Shown here: piece after piece, positions 1 to 9,248 of the stretch | How positions within the stretch are numbered: position 1 is the first letter of the stretch | Layout of the letters: each line of letters begins with the position of its first letter | DNA from: an uncultured Candidatus Bathyarchaeia archaeon | GTDB lineage: Archaea; Thermoproteota; Bathyarchaeia; RBG-16-48-13; CAYPFQ01 | Assembly: GCA_964473665.1 (NCBI GenBank) | Contig: CAYYPV010000068.1 | Location: 3,824-35,823 of the forward strand | DNA: 32,000 nucleotides | Direction: 5' to 3' | Notes under the pieces: model-generated | Seen by the model: only the letters and a program-made list of their open reading frames with translations | What the model was told of the DNA's origin: nothing | Database searches by the model: none | Translations under genes and position numbers: made by a program

Positions 1-936
1 AACCTAACATTCATTGACCCACGCGGTCGATTTTACAGGTTTGAGAGGGCCACAAATAAAATGCCTATTGCTCCAAAAGAAACACTGCCGCATCCGTACG
101 GTGTAGATGTTGAGACAATACAAAGGCTGGTCGCAATTACGGAGTCGAGAACTATGCTTCAATTTATGATTACGCATTTCCACCGGGTAGGAAGAACAAC
201 AGCTAAAAAGTTCTTGGATTTCGCAGGAGTCCCTCCGGATAGAAATCCGCATAAGTTAAAGCAGGAAGATATCGTGAAGCTTGTTCACGCCATGAAGAAT
301 TTCGACTCCTTCATGCCGCCTGACGCTAGCTGTTTATCCCCACTTGGAGAAGATCTGATGAAAACTGGGGTCCAGAAAGAACTTAATCCAGAATTCATTA
401 CAATTGACATACGTAGACCGTCAGCTTACTCAGGTTTTCCATTTATTGTCGAGACAGCTATTGCCTACGGTGGCAATGTACCCAAAACAGACGACATTCT
501 TCTGTACAGGTTCGCGAATCGAATTCCATTGTTATATGACGAAGCAAGCGATGTTTCATGGAAAGTGGTACACACAGAGATTAATTGGAAAAATTACAAA
601 ATCAATTTTGATAAGCCTATGGCTGTTTTAGTTCATCTCTGTTCTACAAAGATTCCATACAAAACTGTCGGTAAAGAATACATAGCGGATAGACCTGAAG
701 TCGAAAGGGAAATTCTTAATGGTCTCCGCGAAGCTGGAAGGCAACTCGGGACTTATCTTTCCAGAAGAGAAAGTGCTGAACACGATAAAAGAAGACTAGA
801 TGTATTCTCAAAATACTTACCTAAAATTGCCCGCTTTACAAAGGACTTGGCAGGTAAAGATAAAGAGCTGGATGTAGAGCGATTATTGAGCGGCGTAGAG
901 GTTGAAAAATCAGTTTCAACTCAACTTGCTGAGTAA
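1..936 (+). CDS. top6B: DNA topoisomerase VI subunit B, C-terminal part (the 5' end lies upstream of the window)
   Basis: Frame 1 is open from base 1 (NLTFIDPRGRFYRFERATNK precedes the tracked Met at 61) and ends at TAA 934-936. The translation has Top6B-type H2TH/transducer motifs: RVGRTTAKKFLDFAGV, FPFIVETAIAYGG, LYRFANRIPLLYD, STKIPYKTVGKEYIA. Confidence 0.9.
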   Translation, partial: NLTFIDPRGRFYRFERATNKMPIAPKETLPHPYGVDVETIQRLVAITESRTMLQFMITHFHRVGRTTAKKFLDFAGVPPDRNPHKLKQEDIVKLVHAMKNFDSFMPPDASCLSPLGEDLMKTGVQKELNPEFITIDIRRPSAYSGFPFIVETAIAYGGNVPKTDDILLYRFANRIPLLYDEASDVSWKVVHTEINWKNYKINFDKPMAVLVHLCSTKIPYKTVGKEYIADRPEVEREILNGLREAGRQLGTYLSRRESAEHDKRRLDVFSKYLPKIARFTKDLAGKDKELDVERLLSGVEVEKSVSTQLAE

Positions 937-1143
937 CCGGATTTTCTATATATTAGGTTTTTATATTTCCGAAGTCAGGATTTTCTTTCACATCCAGACG
1001 TATTACGCTGACGCTGTACTATTAAACAACACTAACAAGCAGTATCGGAAACAGGGTTTCCCCATTTTGAGCTGATTCATTTTTTGTATCATCTTTTTAT
1101 TCTCATTGTTTGGGAACTATATTAAACATGGAGTGAATGCTAT

Positions 1144-1956
1144 TTGGCAATCAATGGAAGAATTGGAATAATCGGCGCTGGAAGGATGGGAACTGCACTG
1201 GTCGCTGGACTACTTAAGGGAGGAGTGGTTGGTAAGGACAGCCTGTATGCAAGTGATGTTTCGGACCAGCGCTGCCACCAACTATCCGAGATTTATGGAA
1301 TCAAGTGTTTTTCGAATAATAAAATGGTTGTTGAAAACAGTGACATAGTCATAATCGCCGTTGAGCCCGCCCATATGCAAGCTGTCCTTAAAGACATTGG
1401 AGAAGTGCTTTCCAGCCAGCTACTTGTTTCAATCGCGGCCGCAGTTTCAACAGACTTTATCAAGCAAAATCTGAAAAAAGATGCAGCAGTAGTAAGGGTC
1501 ATGCCTAACAACCCGTGCCTCGTAGGCGAAGGCATGATCGTGATAGCATCCGCACCCGATATTTCTGAGAAGAGGTTCAAAGCGGTTGAAGAGATCTTCT
1601 CCGCCGTCGGCAGAGTTCTAGTTCTTGATGAAGATCTTTTCGACGCCGTCACCGGTCTCAGCGGAAGTGGTCCAGCATTCATTTATCTCGTCATTGAGGG
1701 CTTGGTCGAGGGCGGTATAAAATCTGGTCTGTCCGCGGATACTGCTCTCGTACTTGCGGCTCAAACAGTTCTAGGCGCTGGGAAGATGGTTCTTGAGACG
1801 AAGGCTCATCCCTCAAAGTTAAGGGAGATGGTTACAACTCCAGGAGGGACAACTGTGGAGGGTCTTAAAGAACTCGATAGAAGCGACATTAAGGGTGTCT
1901 TCAGTAGGGCTGTGGAGCGAGCGGCTCAAAAATCTAGAGAACTAAAAAAAACGTAA
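1144..1956 (+). CDS. proC: pyrroline-5-carboxylate reductase
   Basis: Motifs are an N-terminal Rossmann IGIIGAGRMG, then VMPNNP, GSGPAFIY and TTPGGTT. The start is TTG 1144, with GGAGTGA 7 nt upstream. The first in-frame ATG falls inside the GxGxxG motif, so it cannot be the start. Confidence 0.9.
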   Translation: MAINGRIGIIGAGRMGTALVAGLLKGGVVGKDSLYASDVSDQRCHQLSEIYGIKCFSNNKMVVENSDIVIIAVEPAHMQAVLKDIGEVLSSQLLVSIAAAVSTDFIKQNLKKDAAVVRVMPNNPCLVGEGMIVIASAPDISEKRFKAVEEIFSAVGRVLVLDEDLFDAVTGLSGSGPAFIYLVIEGLVEGGIKSGLSADTALVLAAQTVLGAGKMVLETKAHPSKLREMVTTPGGTTVEGLKELDRSDIKGVFSRAVERAAQKSRELKKT

Positions 1957-2225
1957 ACCGGATGACAGACATAGCGGTCAACCAAAAAAGTTTTTGCATG
2001 AAATGATCATGTTGATTCTTTACTATGCATCTAAAGAAAGTATAACCAATTTATGAAATCAAAGAAGTCATAATCTAATAGGATCAGATTAGAGAGCACC
2101 TGTTAAAGTTTTCAAGAGTAAACTCTCAGCATCATTTTATAATCCTTCAAATTTATTCACGCGTATTTTCACTGTAGGAAAATTTTTTTAAATTTATTTC
2201 ACTTTAAGAAAAGTTAAGTTCAAGC

Positions 2226-3473
2226 TTATTCTCTGATTTGCCCTCTTCCTAGTACAAAGTACTTGATTGTCGTTAAATGTTCTACACTCATCGGTCCGCG
2301 GGCGTGAATCTTCTGCGTGCTAATTCCAATCTCCGCTCCTAAACCGTACTGGTTTCCGTCCGTGAAACGTGTTGAAGCATTCCAGTTTACCGCTGCGGAA
2401 TCCACCTCTTTTATGAAGCGAAGCGCCTTACTGAAATCCTTTGTGAGAATGGCGTCAGTGTGCTTGCTTCCATACTTATTGATATGCCTAATAGCTTCAT
2501 CTAAGTCATCGACAACCTTCACTCCTATGATTAGGTCAAGGTACTCCTCATACCAATCCTTCTCTTCAGCAGCCTTGATACCAGGAACGATTTCCCTGGT
2601 TCGTTCACATCCTCTAACCTCAACTCCAGCTTCTCGCAGACTTTCTACAATTTTAGGGAGGAAGCCTCTGGCGATTTTTTGGTTTACTAGAAGCTTCTCC
2701 GTCGCATTACAGGTCCCCGGCCTCTGACACTTTGCGTTTAAAATAATTAGTATAGCTCTCTCAAGATCAGCATCCTCCTCCACATAGATATGGCAGTTCC
2801 CTATCCCAGTTTCAATGACAGGAACCTTTGCATTCTCCACCACCGATTTTATCAGATCAGCTCCACCACGGGGTATGAGAACATCAACATACTCCCTCAT
2901 CATCATCAACTCAACAGCAGCACGCCTATCTGTGGTATCAACAACTTGAATTGTTCCACTAGGCAATCCAGATGTGGAAGCAGTCTCCTCCAAAATATTT
3001 CCGATGGTGACATTCGATCTGATGGCATCAGATCCTCCACGTAGGATTATTGCGTTTCCAGATTTGATGCATATGCCTGAAGCGTCAGAGGTAACGTCGG
3101 GGCGGGACTCATAAATAATTCCAACAACTCCCAGAGGAACTCGAAGTTGGCCGATGATCAAGCCATTTGGTCTGGTCCATGTTTTAACTATCTGGCCTAC
3201 AGGGTCAGGTAGTTCTGCAACCTCCCTTAGACCTTTGGCCATATTCGCTATTCGAGACTTGTTTAAAAGGAGCCTGTCAAGTAGAGCAGCTTTAACTCCA
3301 TTTGCTTTAGATGACTCTACGTCCATTCGGTTTGCCTGCAGAATCTCTTCAGTTTTTTTTTCCAGCGCATCAGCCATAGCTGTAAGTGCCTTATTCTTAG
3401 TTTCTGATGATATCTTAGCCAGCTCAACCGATGCTGCTTTAGCCCTTTTACCCATATCGACGATAGTTGTCAC
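2226..3473 (-). CDS. proA: gamma-glutamyl phosphate reductase (glutamate-5-semialdehyde dehydrogenase)
   Basis: 415 aa of the aldehyde-dehydrogenase-like ProA type. Motifs include LPDPVG, IYESRPDVT and the catalytic-Cys context GIGNCHIYV. The start is GTG, preceded by GAGGAG. Confidence 0.92.
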   Translation of the reverse strand: MTTIVDMGKRAKAASVELAKISSETKNKALTAMADALEKKTEEILQANRMDVESSKANGVKAALLDRLLLNKSRIANMAKGLREVAELPDPVGQIVKTWTRPNGLIIGQLRVPLGVVGIIYESRPDVTSDASGICIKSGNAIILRGGSDAIRSNVTIGNILEETASTSGLPSGTIQVVDTTDRRAAVELMMMREYVDVLIPRGGADLIKSVVENAKVPVIETGIGNCHIYVEEDADLERAILIILNAKCQRPGTCNATEKLLVNQKIARGFLPKIVESLREAGVEVRGCERTREIVPGIKAAEEKDWYEEYLDLIIGVKVVDDLDEAIRHINKYGSKHTDAILTKDFSKALRFIKEVDSAAVNWNASTRFTDGNQYGLGAEIGISTQKIHARGPMSVEHLTTIKYFVLGRGQIRE

Positions 3474-3528
3474 TTCTCTCTCCTCAGATAGGTTGACGCT
3501 TCTTCGTAATGATTTCCTTATCTCGGAT

Positions 3529-3717
3529 TTACTCTAAAATTTTGCTTACTTGGCTGGTCCTCAGTCCCTTAATCAGATTAACCTCACTGCTGGAGTAGTT
3601 AACCATTCCTCTACCAAATATCCTTCTATACTGACATGCTAGGCTTACAAAATCTCCGATTTCAAAATAACCCGATATCTCACTCACTCTGATAGGCAAA
3701 AGATTAGCTCGGCGCAT
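3529..3717 (-). CDS. PUA-domain fragment (ProB C-terminal-like), encoded as a separate 62-aa ORF; possibly a gene remnant
   Basis: LLPIRVSEISGYFEIGDFVSLACQYRRIFGRGMVNYSSSEVNLIKG parallels the E. coli ProB PUA segment as I recall it ([22 protein letters not shown]...GVSRYNSDALRRIAG). It lies between proB and proA on the same strand. The N-terminal third of a PUA domain is missing. Confidence 0.45.
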   Translation of the reverse strand: MRRANLLPIRVSEISGYFEIGDFVSLACQYRRIFGRGMVNYSSSEVNLIKGLRTSQVSKILE

Positions 3718-3778
3718 TATGACCTTCTACACGTTCTCATTAATCGTAAACCGGCCTTTAAGAGACACTCAGTAGGAC

Positions 3779-4636
3779 TTACTTCTTCCTACCCTGCATC
3801 CTATTAATAGGTTTAAACCATGTCCCAACTGCCTTTCCATCCAAAATGTCGACCAACACGCTATCTACAAAACTGTTGGCGACGACAACAGTAATTCCAT
3901 TTCGCATCGCAATCTCGGCTGCTTGAATCTTGGTCTTCATTCCACCTCTACCCAGTAGACTCTTACCCTCAACAGACCTCTTGAGCTCAGGCGTTATGCG
4001 TTCTACAAAGGGGATCAACTTTGCTCCAGGGCTCTTAGGATTCATAGTGTAAAGCCCGTCCACATTTGATAAAATGACTACTAGCTCTGCCTGAATAGTT
4101 TTTGCTATTAAGACTGATAAAATGTCGTTATCGCTGAAGTTTACTTCAATGCCCTTTGCAATGGGCTTCAACTCATCGACAGATGTTACGTCATTTTCAT
4201 TAACTATCGGAATAACTCCAAGTTGAAGTAACTTATCAAGCACATTACACATGCGCGAAGAAGACGCTCTGTTTGATAGATCTTCTTTGGTCAAGAGAAC
4301 CTGAGCAACCTTCAGTCCATGCCTCATAAATAATTCGCGATAATGAGCCATCAAGATACTCTGTCCAGTTGCAGCGCAGACCTGCTTGAAGACGATGTCA
4401 GCGGGGTTAAATTTGACTTTAAGTTCAGCCATACCCGACGCCACCGCCCCCGAGGTAATCAGCACTATCTTAAACCCTTTTCCAGCCGCTTCGGCAATCT
4501 GGCTCACCAACCTCTCCATCTCTTTCAGGTTTAGGCTGCCGTTGTCATCGGTCAGACTGCTAGTTCCCACCTTAACAACAACTAATCCGCGTTTGCTTCC
4601 GACTAGATCTGTACCCAAAGATTCATTCTCCACCAT
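3779..4636 (-). CDS. proB: glutamate 5-kinase (amino-acid kinase domain only)
   Basis: VVKVGTSSLTD at the N-terminus, ITSGAVA, IPIVNENDV and GRGGMKTKIQAA are typical ProB/AAK motifs. The ORF stops right after the ...GTWFKP...GRKK linker, where ProB normally continues into its PUA domain. Confidence 0.9.
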   Translation of the reverse strand: MVENESLGTDLVGSKRGLVVVKVGTSSLTDDNGSLNLKEMERLVSQIAEAAGKGFKIVLITSGAVASGMAELKVKFNPADIVFKQVCAATGQSILMAHYRELFMRHGLKVAQVLLTKEDLSNRASSSRMCNVLDKLLQLGVIPIVNENDVTSVDELKPIAKGIEVNFSDNDILSVLIAKTIQAELVVILSNVDGLYTMNPKSPGAKLIPFVERITPELKRSVEGKSLLGRGGMKTKIQAAEIAMRNGITVVVANSFVDSVLVDILDGKAVGTWFKPINRMQGRKK

Positions 4637-5054
4637 TCAAAAAATAACTCCGCAAGCCCCTTTGAATATAGACTCGTTCAGGTAATCATACTTATACTTT
4701 CTCGCGTCTTCGTCCTTCGTTCTGAGTTCTTCTTCGATCCATCTTCTTCATCGTTATTATTTGATTGTATACAATAGTTTCTAAGTAGGTTCGTTATTGA
4801 GATTTATTCCTGTAAGGCTCATGCAATCAACTTCAAAACTTAATATCTCACCACTTTTTCACCGGTATCCGTTCTCTGTGTTAGAGTCAGTAGGTGTTGA
4901 TTTTAGCCTAATTTTAAGGCGAGGAGCCAAAGATCGTAAGAAACCCATGGCTAGTGAAGCAGTAGCAAGATTTTTTTAGACTAAACATTCCTAGACTTAA
5001 TAAATGATAAACAAATAAACATCATTTAGAAATTAAGAGAATAGGTAGGAAAAA

Positions 5055-6152
5055 TTGAAGAAGAAACTTAGAAAAAGCACTGTCAAAACAAGAAAACTTC
5101 AAGTGGCAAAAAACCTTCAGGAATTTGGAACCGATTTATATGATCAGATGGAAAAAGGAGAGTTTCCATGGGTAAGAATGCCCAGCCGCTCTATTAATAA
5201 CATATGCTACGATCCTGGAACACGCCAATACGTTTTAGGCGATAGGTCTGTCATGAGGAGCGCTAGAAACATACGGCACATACGTCCACTTACCCAACTA
5301 ACTTGGATTGCGGATTTTGCATATCACTTAACGAGACAGAAAAAAACAAGCACTCTTCGAGACGTTTTCTACAATGCTCAAGCATACGACATGTCATTCA
5401 CAGATCAGCCGGAATCAGATGACATAATTACGGATCTAGAAACTATACTCGGATACGCACGCGAAGACTTCAGCATTTTCCCAGAAGAAAGAAGCGCAAT
5501 ATTCGGAAATTTGACAATAAGCTACACAGTACCAGGATACGAAGGAAAGAAACTTAATTTAACTTCACACCCTGACGGCGTCATGATAGGTCCAGCGCTA
5601 ACAAGCTCTGAACTTCTTGACACAGACGCCGAAATGGTAATTGCAATAGAAAAAGGAGCAATGTTCACACGATTTATCGAAGAAAAAGCCCATAAGAAGT
5701 TTAAAGCACTGTTAATACATACCGCAGGTCAAGCTCCAAGAGCGACTAGACAATTTTTACGCAGAATAAACAGTGAACTTGGTTTACCAGTTTACATATT
5801 CACAGACGGCGATCCATGGGGAATGCATATTGCCATGGTAATCATTTCAGGATCTGCGAACGCAGCACACCTTAGAGAACTTACCACACCAGACGCGAAA
5901 TGGTCAGGGGTTTGGGCTTCGGACATTGTGAATTACAAGCTTCCAAGCGAAAAACTAAATGACATGGATATTAGGCGACTGTACGAACTTCAAAGAGATC
6001 CTAGATATGAAGGAAAGCTCTGGAAGCAGGAAATAGACACGTTCTTCAAGACTAAAAAGAAGGCTGAACAAGAGGCTTTTAGCCGATACGGCCTAACCTA
6101 CATCGTCGACAAATACCTACCAGCTAAACTAGATGAAATGAAGTCATATTGA
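5055..6152 (+). CDS. top6A: DNA topoisomerase VI subunit A (Spo11 family)
   Basis: STLRDVFYNAQ gives the catalytic Tyr context, and IFTDGDPWGMHI is the Toprim DxD motif. The length of 365 aa fits. The start is TTG 5055. Confidence 0.92.
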   Translation: MKKKLRKSTVKTRKLQVAKNLQEFGTDLYDQMEKGEFPWVRMPSRSINNICYDPGTRQYVLGDRSVMRSARNIRHIRPLTQLTWIADFAYHLTRQKKTSTLRDVFYNAQAYDMSFTDQPESDDIITDLETILGYAREDFSIFPEERSAIFGNLTISYTVPGYEGKKLNLTSHPDGVMIGPALTSSELLDTDAEMVIAIEKGAMFTRFIEEKAHKKFKALLIHTAGQAPRATRQFLRRINSELGLPVYIFTDGDPWGMHIAMVIISGSANAAHLRELTTPDAKWSGVWASDIVNYKLPSEKLNDMDIRRLYELQRDPRYEGKLWKQEIDTFFKTKKKAEQEAFSRYGLTYIVDKYLPAKLDEMKSY

Positions 6153-6255
6153 AAATACGATTCCTCTGCGCCTAGTCCTTTATGCACACGTACCCAATGG
6201 TAAAGTTTATAGTTTCTACATTCACTTTTTATCTGTTACAGGTTGTGCATACACT

Positions 6256-6852
6256 GTGCCAGATGTTACAATAAGCGTTTCAGATGAATTAAAAACCGAA
6301 ATGGATGCTATTTCCGAAGTTAGTTGGTCGGAAATATGTAGTAAAGCTATTTTGCAGTATATTTCTGAAAGAAAGAATCCGACACCCAGTATAGAATTAG
6401 AAATTCAGGATGTGAAGTTTGTTCCTACCGAATATCATGAATCAGGCTATCCAACAATAATTGCATCCATTAAAATTCTCAATAAAACTATGTTTAACGT
6501 TACAATTGATAGAATCCTCTTTAACGTGAAGTTCTATTCAACCAAACCGGTAAAGGACTACAACATTGGATCAAGTTACGATTTATTTAGAAGAACAATT
6601 GATGCAGGGTCAGTCCTTGAAATACAATTACCCTTACCGATACTTAAAGAAAAAATAACCTCCCTCAGCAATTTATTTACGACAACATTCCGTTGCACAA
6701 TTCGATGCATCATTTTTGCAGACGGTTTTAGAATTCCTTACAGTCAAGAACTGTGGACAGAAATTCCAATCGACAGATGGAAAGAATTTACGGAAAAAGC
6801 CTTAAAACCACCTATTGATTTGTCAAAACTAGAGGACATTAAGCGATATTAA
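6256..6852 (+). CDS. hypothetical protein with an N-terminal ribbon-helix-helix-like segment and a LEA14/WHy-like beta-sandwich region
   Basis: VTISVSDELKTEMDAI...WSEICSKAILQYISE has a strand-helix-helix RHH pattern. IKILNKTMFNVTIDRILFNVKF resembles the LEA_2 (COG5608-like) core. The start is GTG. The functional call is from pattern only. Confidence 0.5.
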   Translation: MPDVTISVSDELKTEMDAISEVSWSEICSKAILQYISERKNPTPSIELEIQDVKFVPTEYHESGYPTIIASIKILNKTMFNVTIDRILFNVKFYSTKPVKDYNIGSSYDLFRRTIDAGSVLEIQLPLPILKEKITSLSNLFTTTFRCTIRCIIFADGFRIPYSQELWTEIPIDRWKEFTEKALKPPIDLSKLEDIKRY

Positions 6853-6915
6853 TGAGATATTAATAACGCAACATTTTTGCATAACGCCTCTGCACCTATT
6901 TACAGGGTAGTCTTA

Positions 6916-8388
6916 ATGGCCGAGGCGTATCCATTAACTGGGAAGGCGGAGAGACTTCTAAATATAATTGAGGAACTAGGCGCAAATATCAATTTGCCTA
7001 GACTATTGCGGGATTCGAAATATCTATTAGAAATATATAGAATTCTGCAAAAAGACTACGCTGATCTAGATCGATTAAGGGACGATATAGAATTCCGAGG
7101 CGGTGTTTACGCCCCATACCCCTCACCAAGAACGATGGGTACAGCTGAAGTAAGAGAAACTCCCGAAGGGCCTCCATCTGAAATCGGATACTTGATGCGT
7201 TACGCAAAAATTAAAAGTGTTCAGTTATCCGCGATAAAAGCGACTATCGATCGTTTAAGAGCAGCATTAGCTGCGCATAGGATAGCGATAAATCATCTAA
7301 CTGAGTACTGCGCAGTCCTGTGTCAAGATTGCGGAAAATTTTTCAGAGGTAAACCCGCTCTTAAAGCAATTAGCACAAATAAATGTCCTAACTGTGGGTC
7401 GTCCAAAATACTATTCACGCCAAATAACGTAGGCATTTTTCGCATAGAACTTATACCATATCTGCCCCTATCAGGGGACTATATGCGTAGAATAACGCAG
7501 CTTCCAAGTCATGCTCGAATAACATATGGAAAGATGACTAGATATTTGAGAGAAAGTGTTGGAGGAAGGGTTAGGTCCTTTTCCATTATAGTTCGGGTCC
7601 AAGTTGGAGATAAAACTTTGAGACGACGTATCAGCTTTCGCGCAGAGCCTAGAGAGTCGGTCAACTATGAAGCAGTTATTAGGAAAAGATTCGGCCCATC
7701 CGCAAGAATTGAATCGATCAGATATCACCGTACACAACCAGTTCTACTGAATGATAGGTACACTAGAGCATGTATCGCGCTTGCATACGTGAGTTTAACC
7801 TATGACGTGTGGGCTTCCAGAAAAAGTCAAGTTCGAATCGTATCTAGGAAAATTGATGCCGAAAAAACTCTATTAAAACTTCCAATATATGTCCTAATTC
7901 ATGATCTGGCTCGTTACTTTCTACTTAAACCTCCAAAATCGAGAAGAAGATTGGCGGGAGCTTTTCCATATTTAGAGAGCAGCCCTCAAGCCAGTATAGT
8001 AGAATCTCTCTTTGCAATATTACAAGACGAAGACTCCGCTTTTGCGGCAAAAATGCTTGGTTTAACAGGGGAAACTATCCCTCTTGAAGTCATCCGATTA
8101 AAATTTGTCATCGAAAAAAATTATGAAACAAAAATACGCGATTTAGGCCTAGTATCAAGCAGAGGAATTGCCGCAGCTCTACTTTACTTAACTTCAAAAT
8201 ATGATCTACCTCAGGCATCAAATTTTTTTAACACAACTAAATCTGAAGGAATTAAAGCATTAGAAAAACTTGCGCAAGCTGACATCAGTAGTGAATTACC
8301 GGAGAGTGGAAGAGATAAACTTGCAAATATAGAGGCGCCTAGGACAACTATAGCGAAAGAGTTCATCAAAGCATTGAAGGAGACCTAA
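6916..8388 (+). CDS. large conserved-looking hypothetical protein with an internal C4 zinc ribbon
   Basis: The long ORF is tracked from TTG 6877, but ATG 6916 (MAEAYPLTGK) is the more likely start. The zinc ribbon is CQDCGKFF...x16...CPNCGSSK. It may belong to an archaeal DUF family of about 500 aa, which I cannot verify. Confidence 0.6.
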   Translation: MAEAYPLTGKAERLLNIIEELGANINLPRLLRDSKYLLEIYRILQKDYADLDRLRDDIEFRGGVYAPYPSPRTMGTAEVRETPEGPPSEIGYLMRYAKIKSVQLSAIKATIDRLRAALAAHRIAINHLTEYCAVLCQDCGKFFRGKPALKAISTNKCPNCGSSKILFTPNNVGIFRIELIPYLPLSGDYMRRITQLPSHARITYGKMTRYLRESVGGRVRSFSIIVRVQVGDKTLRRRISFRAEPRESVNYEAVIRKRFGPSARIESIRYHRTQPVLLNDRYTRACIALAYVSLTYDVWASRKSQVRIVSRKIDAEKTLLKLPIYVLIHDLARYFLLKPPKSRRRLAGAFPYLESSPQASIVESLFAILQDEDSAFAAKMLGLTGETIPLEVIRLKFVIEKNYETKIRDLGLVSSRGIAAALLYLTSKYDLPQASNFFNTTKSEGIKALEKLAQADISSELPESGRDKLANIEAPRTTIAKEFIKALKET

Positions 8389-8775
8389 ATGTATATAATA
8401 AAGGCTAAAAATCGAACCGAACTGCTTCAGAAGATACAAAATGAACTCGATCCTAGTGCTAAAGAAGTTTACATAGATGTACGCCCAAGCATTCAAATCA
8501 TTATTTCAATCCTAAATAAGGCGCCGAGCATTAATTCAATTCATATTCCAAAAAGTCTATACGAGGAAACACCTAGAAAAATAAAAAACGCGTTAAATAA
8601 AGTTCAAATAAAATTACTTCCATCAAATATACCCCAAGGAAGACCTAAAACACACAGTGAAAAAAAAATAGATTCTGTGTTTAAACTATCTAAAGAAGGG
8701 AAAACTGCTAAGATGATATCTATTGAAACCGGATTGCCGCTTAGAACCGTCTATTACTATCTAAAGAAGGAATAA
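8389..8775 (+). CDS. small protein with a C-terminal resolvase-type helix-turn-helix
   Basis: Its ATG directly abuts the TAA of the upstream gene (TAAATG at 8386-8391). The C-terminal GKTAKMISIETGLPLRTVYYYLKK is a typical HTH_7-like motif. Confidence 0.6.
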   Translation: MYIIKAKNRTELLQKIQNELDPSAKEVYIDVRPSIQIIISILNKAPSINSIHIPKSLYEETPRKIKNALNKVQIKLLPSNIPQGRPKTHSEKKIDSVFKLSKEGKTAKMISIETGLPLRTVYYYLKKE

Positions 8776-9072
8776 ACGACGACAAGCGAAGTAAAGAAAC
8801 CTCCCGCAGTCAACACAATCGTACGGCTCATTGGATTAGCCCTCATAATTATAGGACTGCTGTCAATTTACATGGCTTACTCAAACGTGAGCTTCTTAAA
8901 TAACTACCAATTATTATTCGCAGCATTAGGCGTAATCATACTCATCCTCGGATTTCTAACTTTTACAATAAGAATAGAATAAATAGCACCAACAACCTCT
9001 AAAAATTGAACCGCCGCTCAGAAAACCAAAAGAAGATGGTAGGAAGATTAATCATGCTTTCCGTTAATTACC

Positions 9073-9145
9073 GCCGAGGTGGCGCAATTGGTAGCGCATC
9101 GGGCTGTTAACCCGGGGGTTAGCGGTTCGACTCCGCTCCTCGGCG
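9073..9145 (+). tRNA. tRNA-Asn (GTT)
   Basis: 73-nt cloverleaf. The acceptor is GCCGAGG/CCTCGGC and the anticodon arm is TCGGG-CTGTTAA-CCCGG (anticodon 9106-9108). The T arm is AGCGG-TTCGACT-CCGCT and the discriminator is G. Confidence 0.9.
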
Positions 9146-9248
9146 CTCCGATTCTGAAATTTCAAGGAGAACTACCGAAAATCAATTTACCTGCGCCACT
9201 AAAGTAAACCTTAAATGAAAATTAAAACCCGTTTTTATCTTGGCGTAA

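Noticed and set aside
939-986. 9-nt direct repeat GGATTTTCT (939-947 and 978-986) downstream of top6B
   Set aside because: It is short, AT-rich and has no associated structure or gene, which is compatible with chance.
1293-1682. Long antisense or overlapping ORFs inside well-supported genes. Examples: 1293-1682, 2317-2727, 3154-3537, 4386-4685, 11738-12043, 13285-13563, 13464-13745, 14959-15339, 15581-15889, 21507-21899, 24676-25083, 29148-29444, 31622-31930.
   Set aside because: Each lies fully within a gene whose product has clear family motifs on the other strand or frame. Their translations are low-complexity, Ser/Pro/Ala/Arg-rich shadows with no recognisable motifs.
4637-5054. The 418-nt proB/top6A divergent intergenic region. 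It holds the tracked 60-aa ORF 4797-4979, a pyrimidine-rich tract (about 4691-4755), and a 19-aa highly basic minus-strand uORF (MKKMDRRRTQNEGRRREKV) upstream of proB that might be a leader peptide.
   Set aside because: The 60-aa ORF has no RBS and no recognisable features. The uORF contains no Pro codons, so it does not look like a proline attenuator. I found no convincing RNA motif, so only the unusual length remains.
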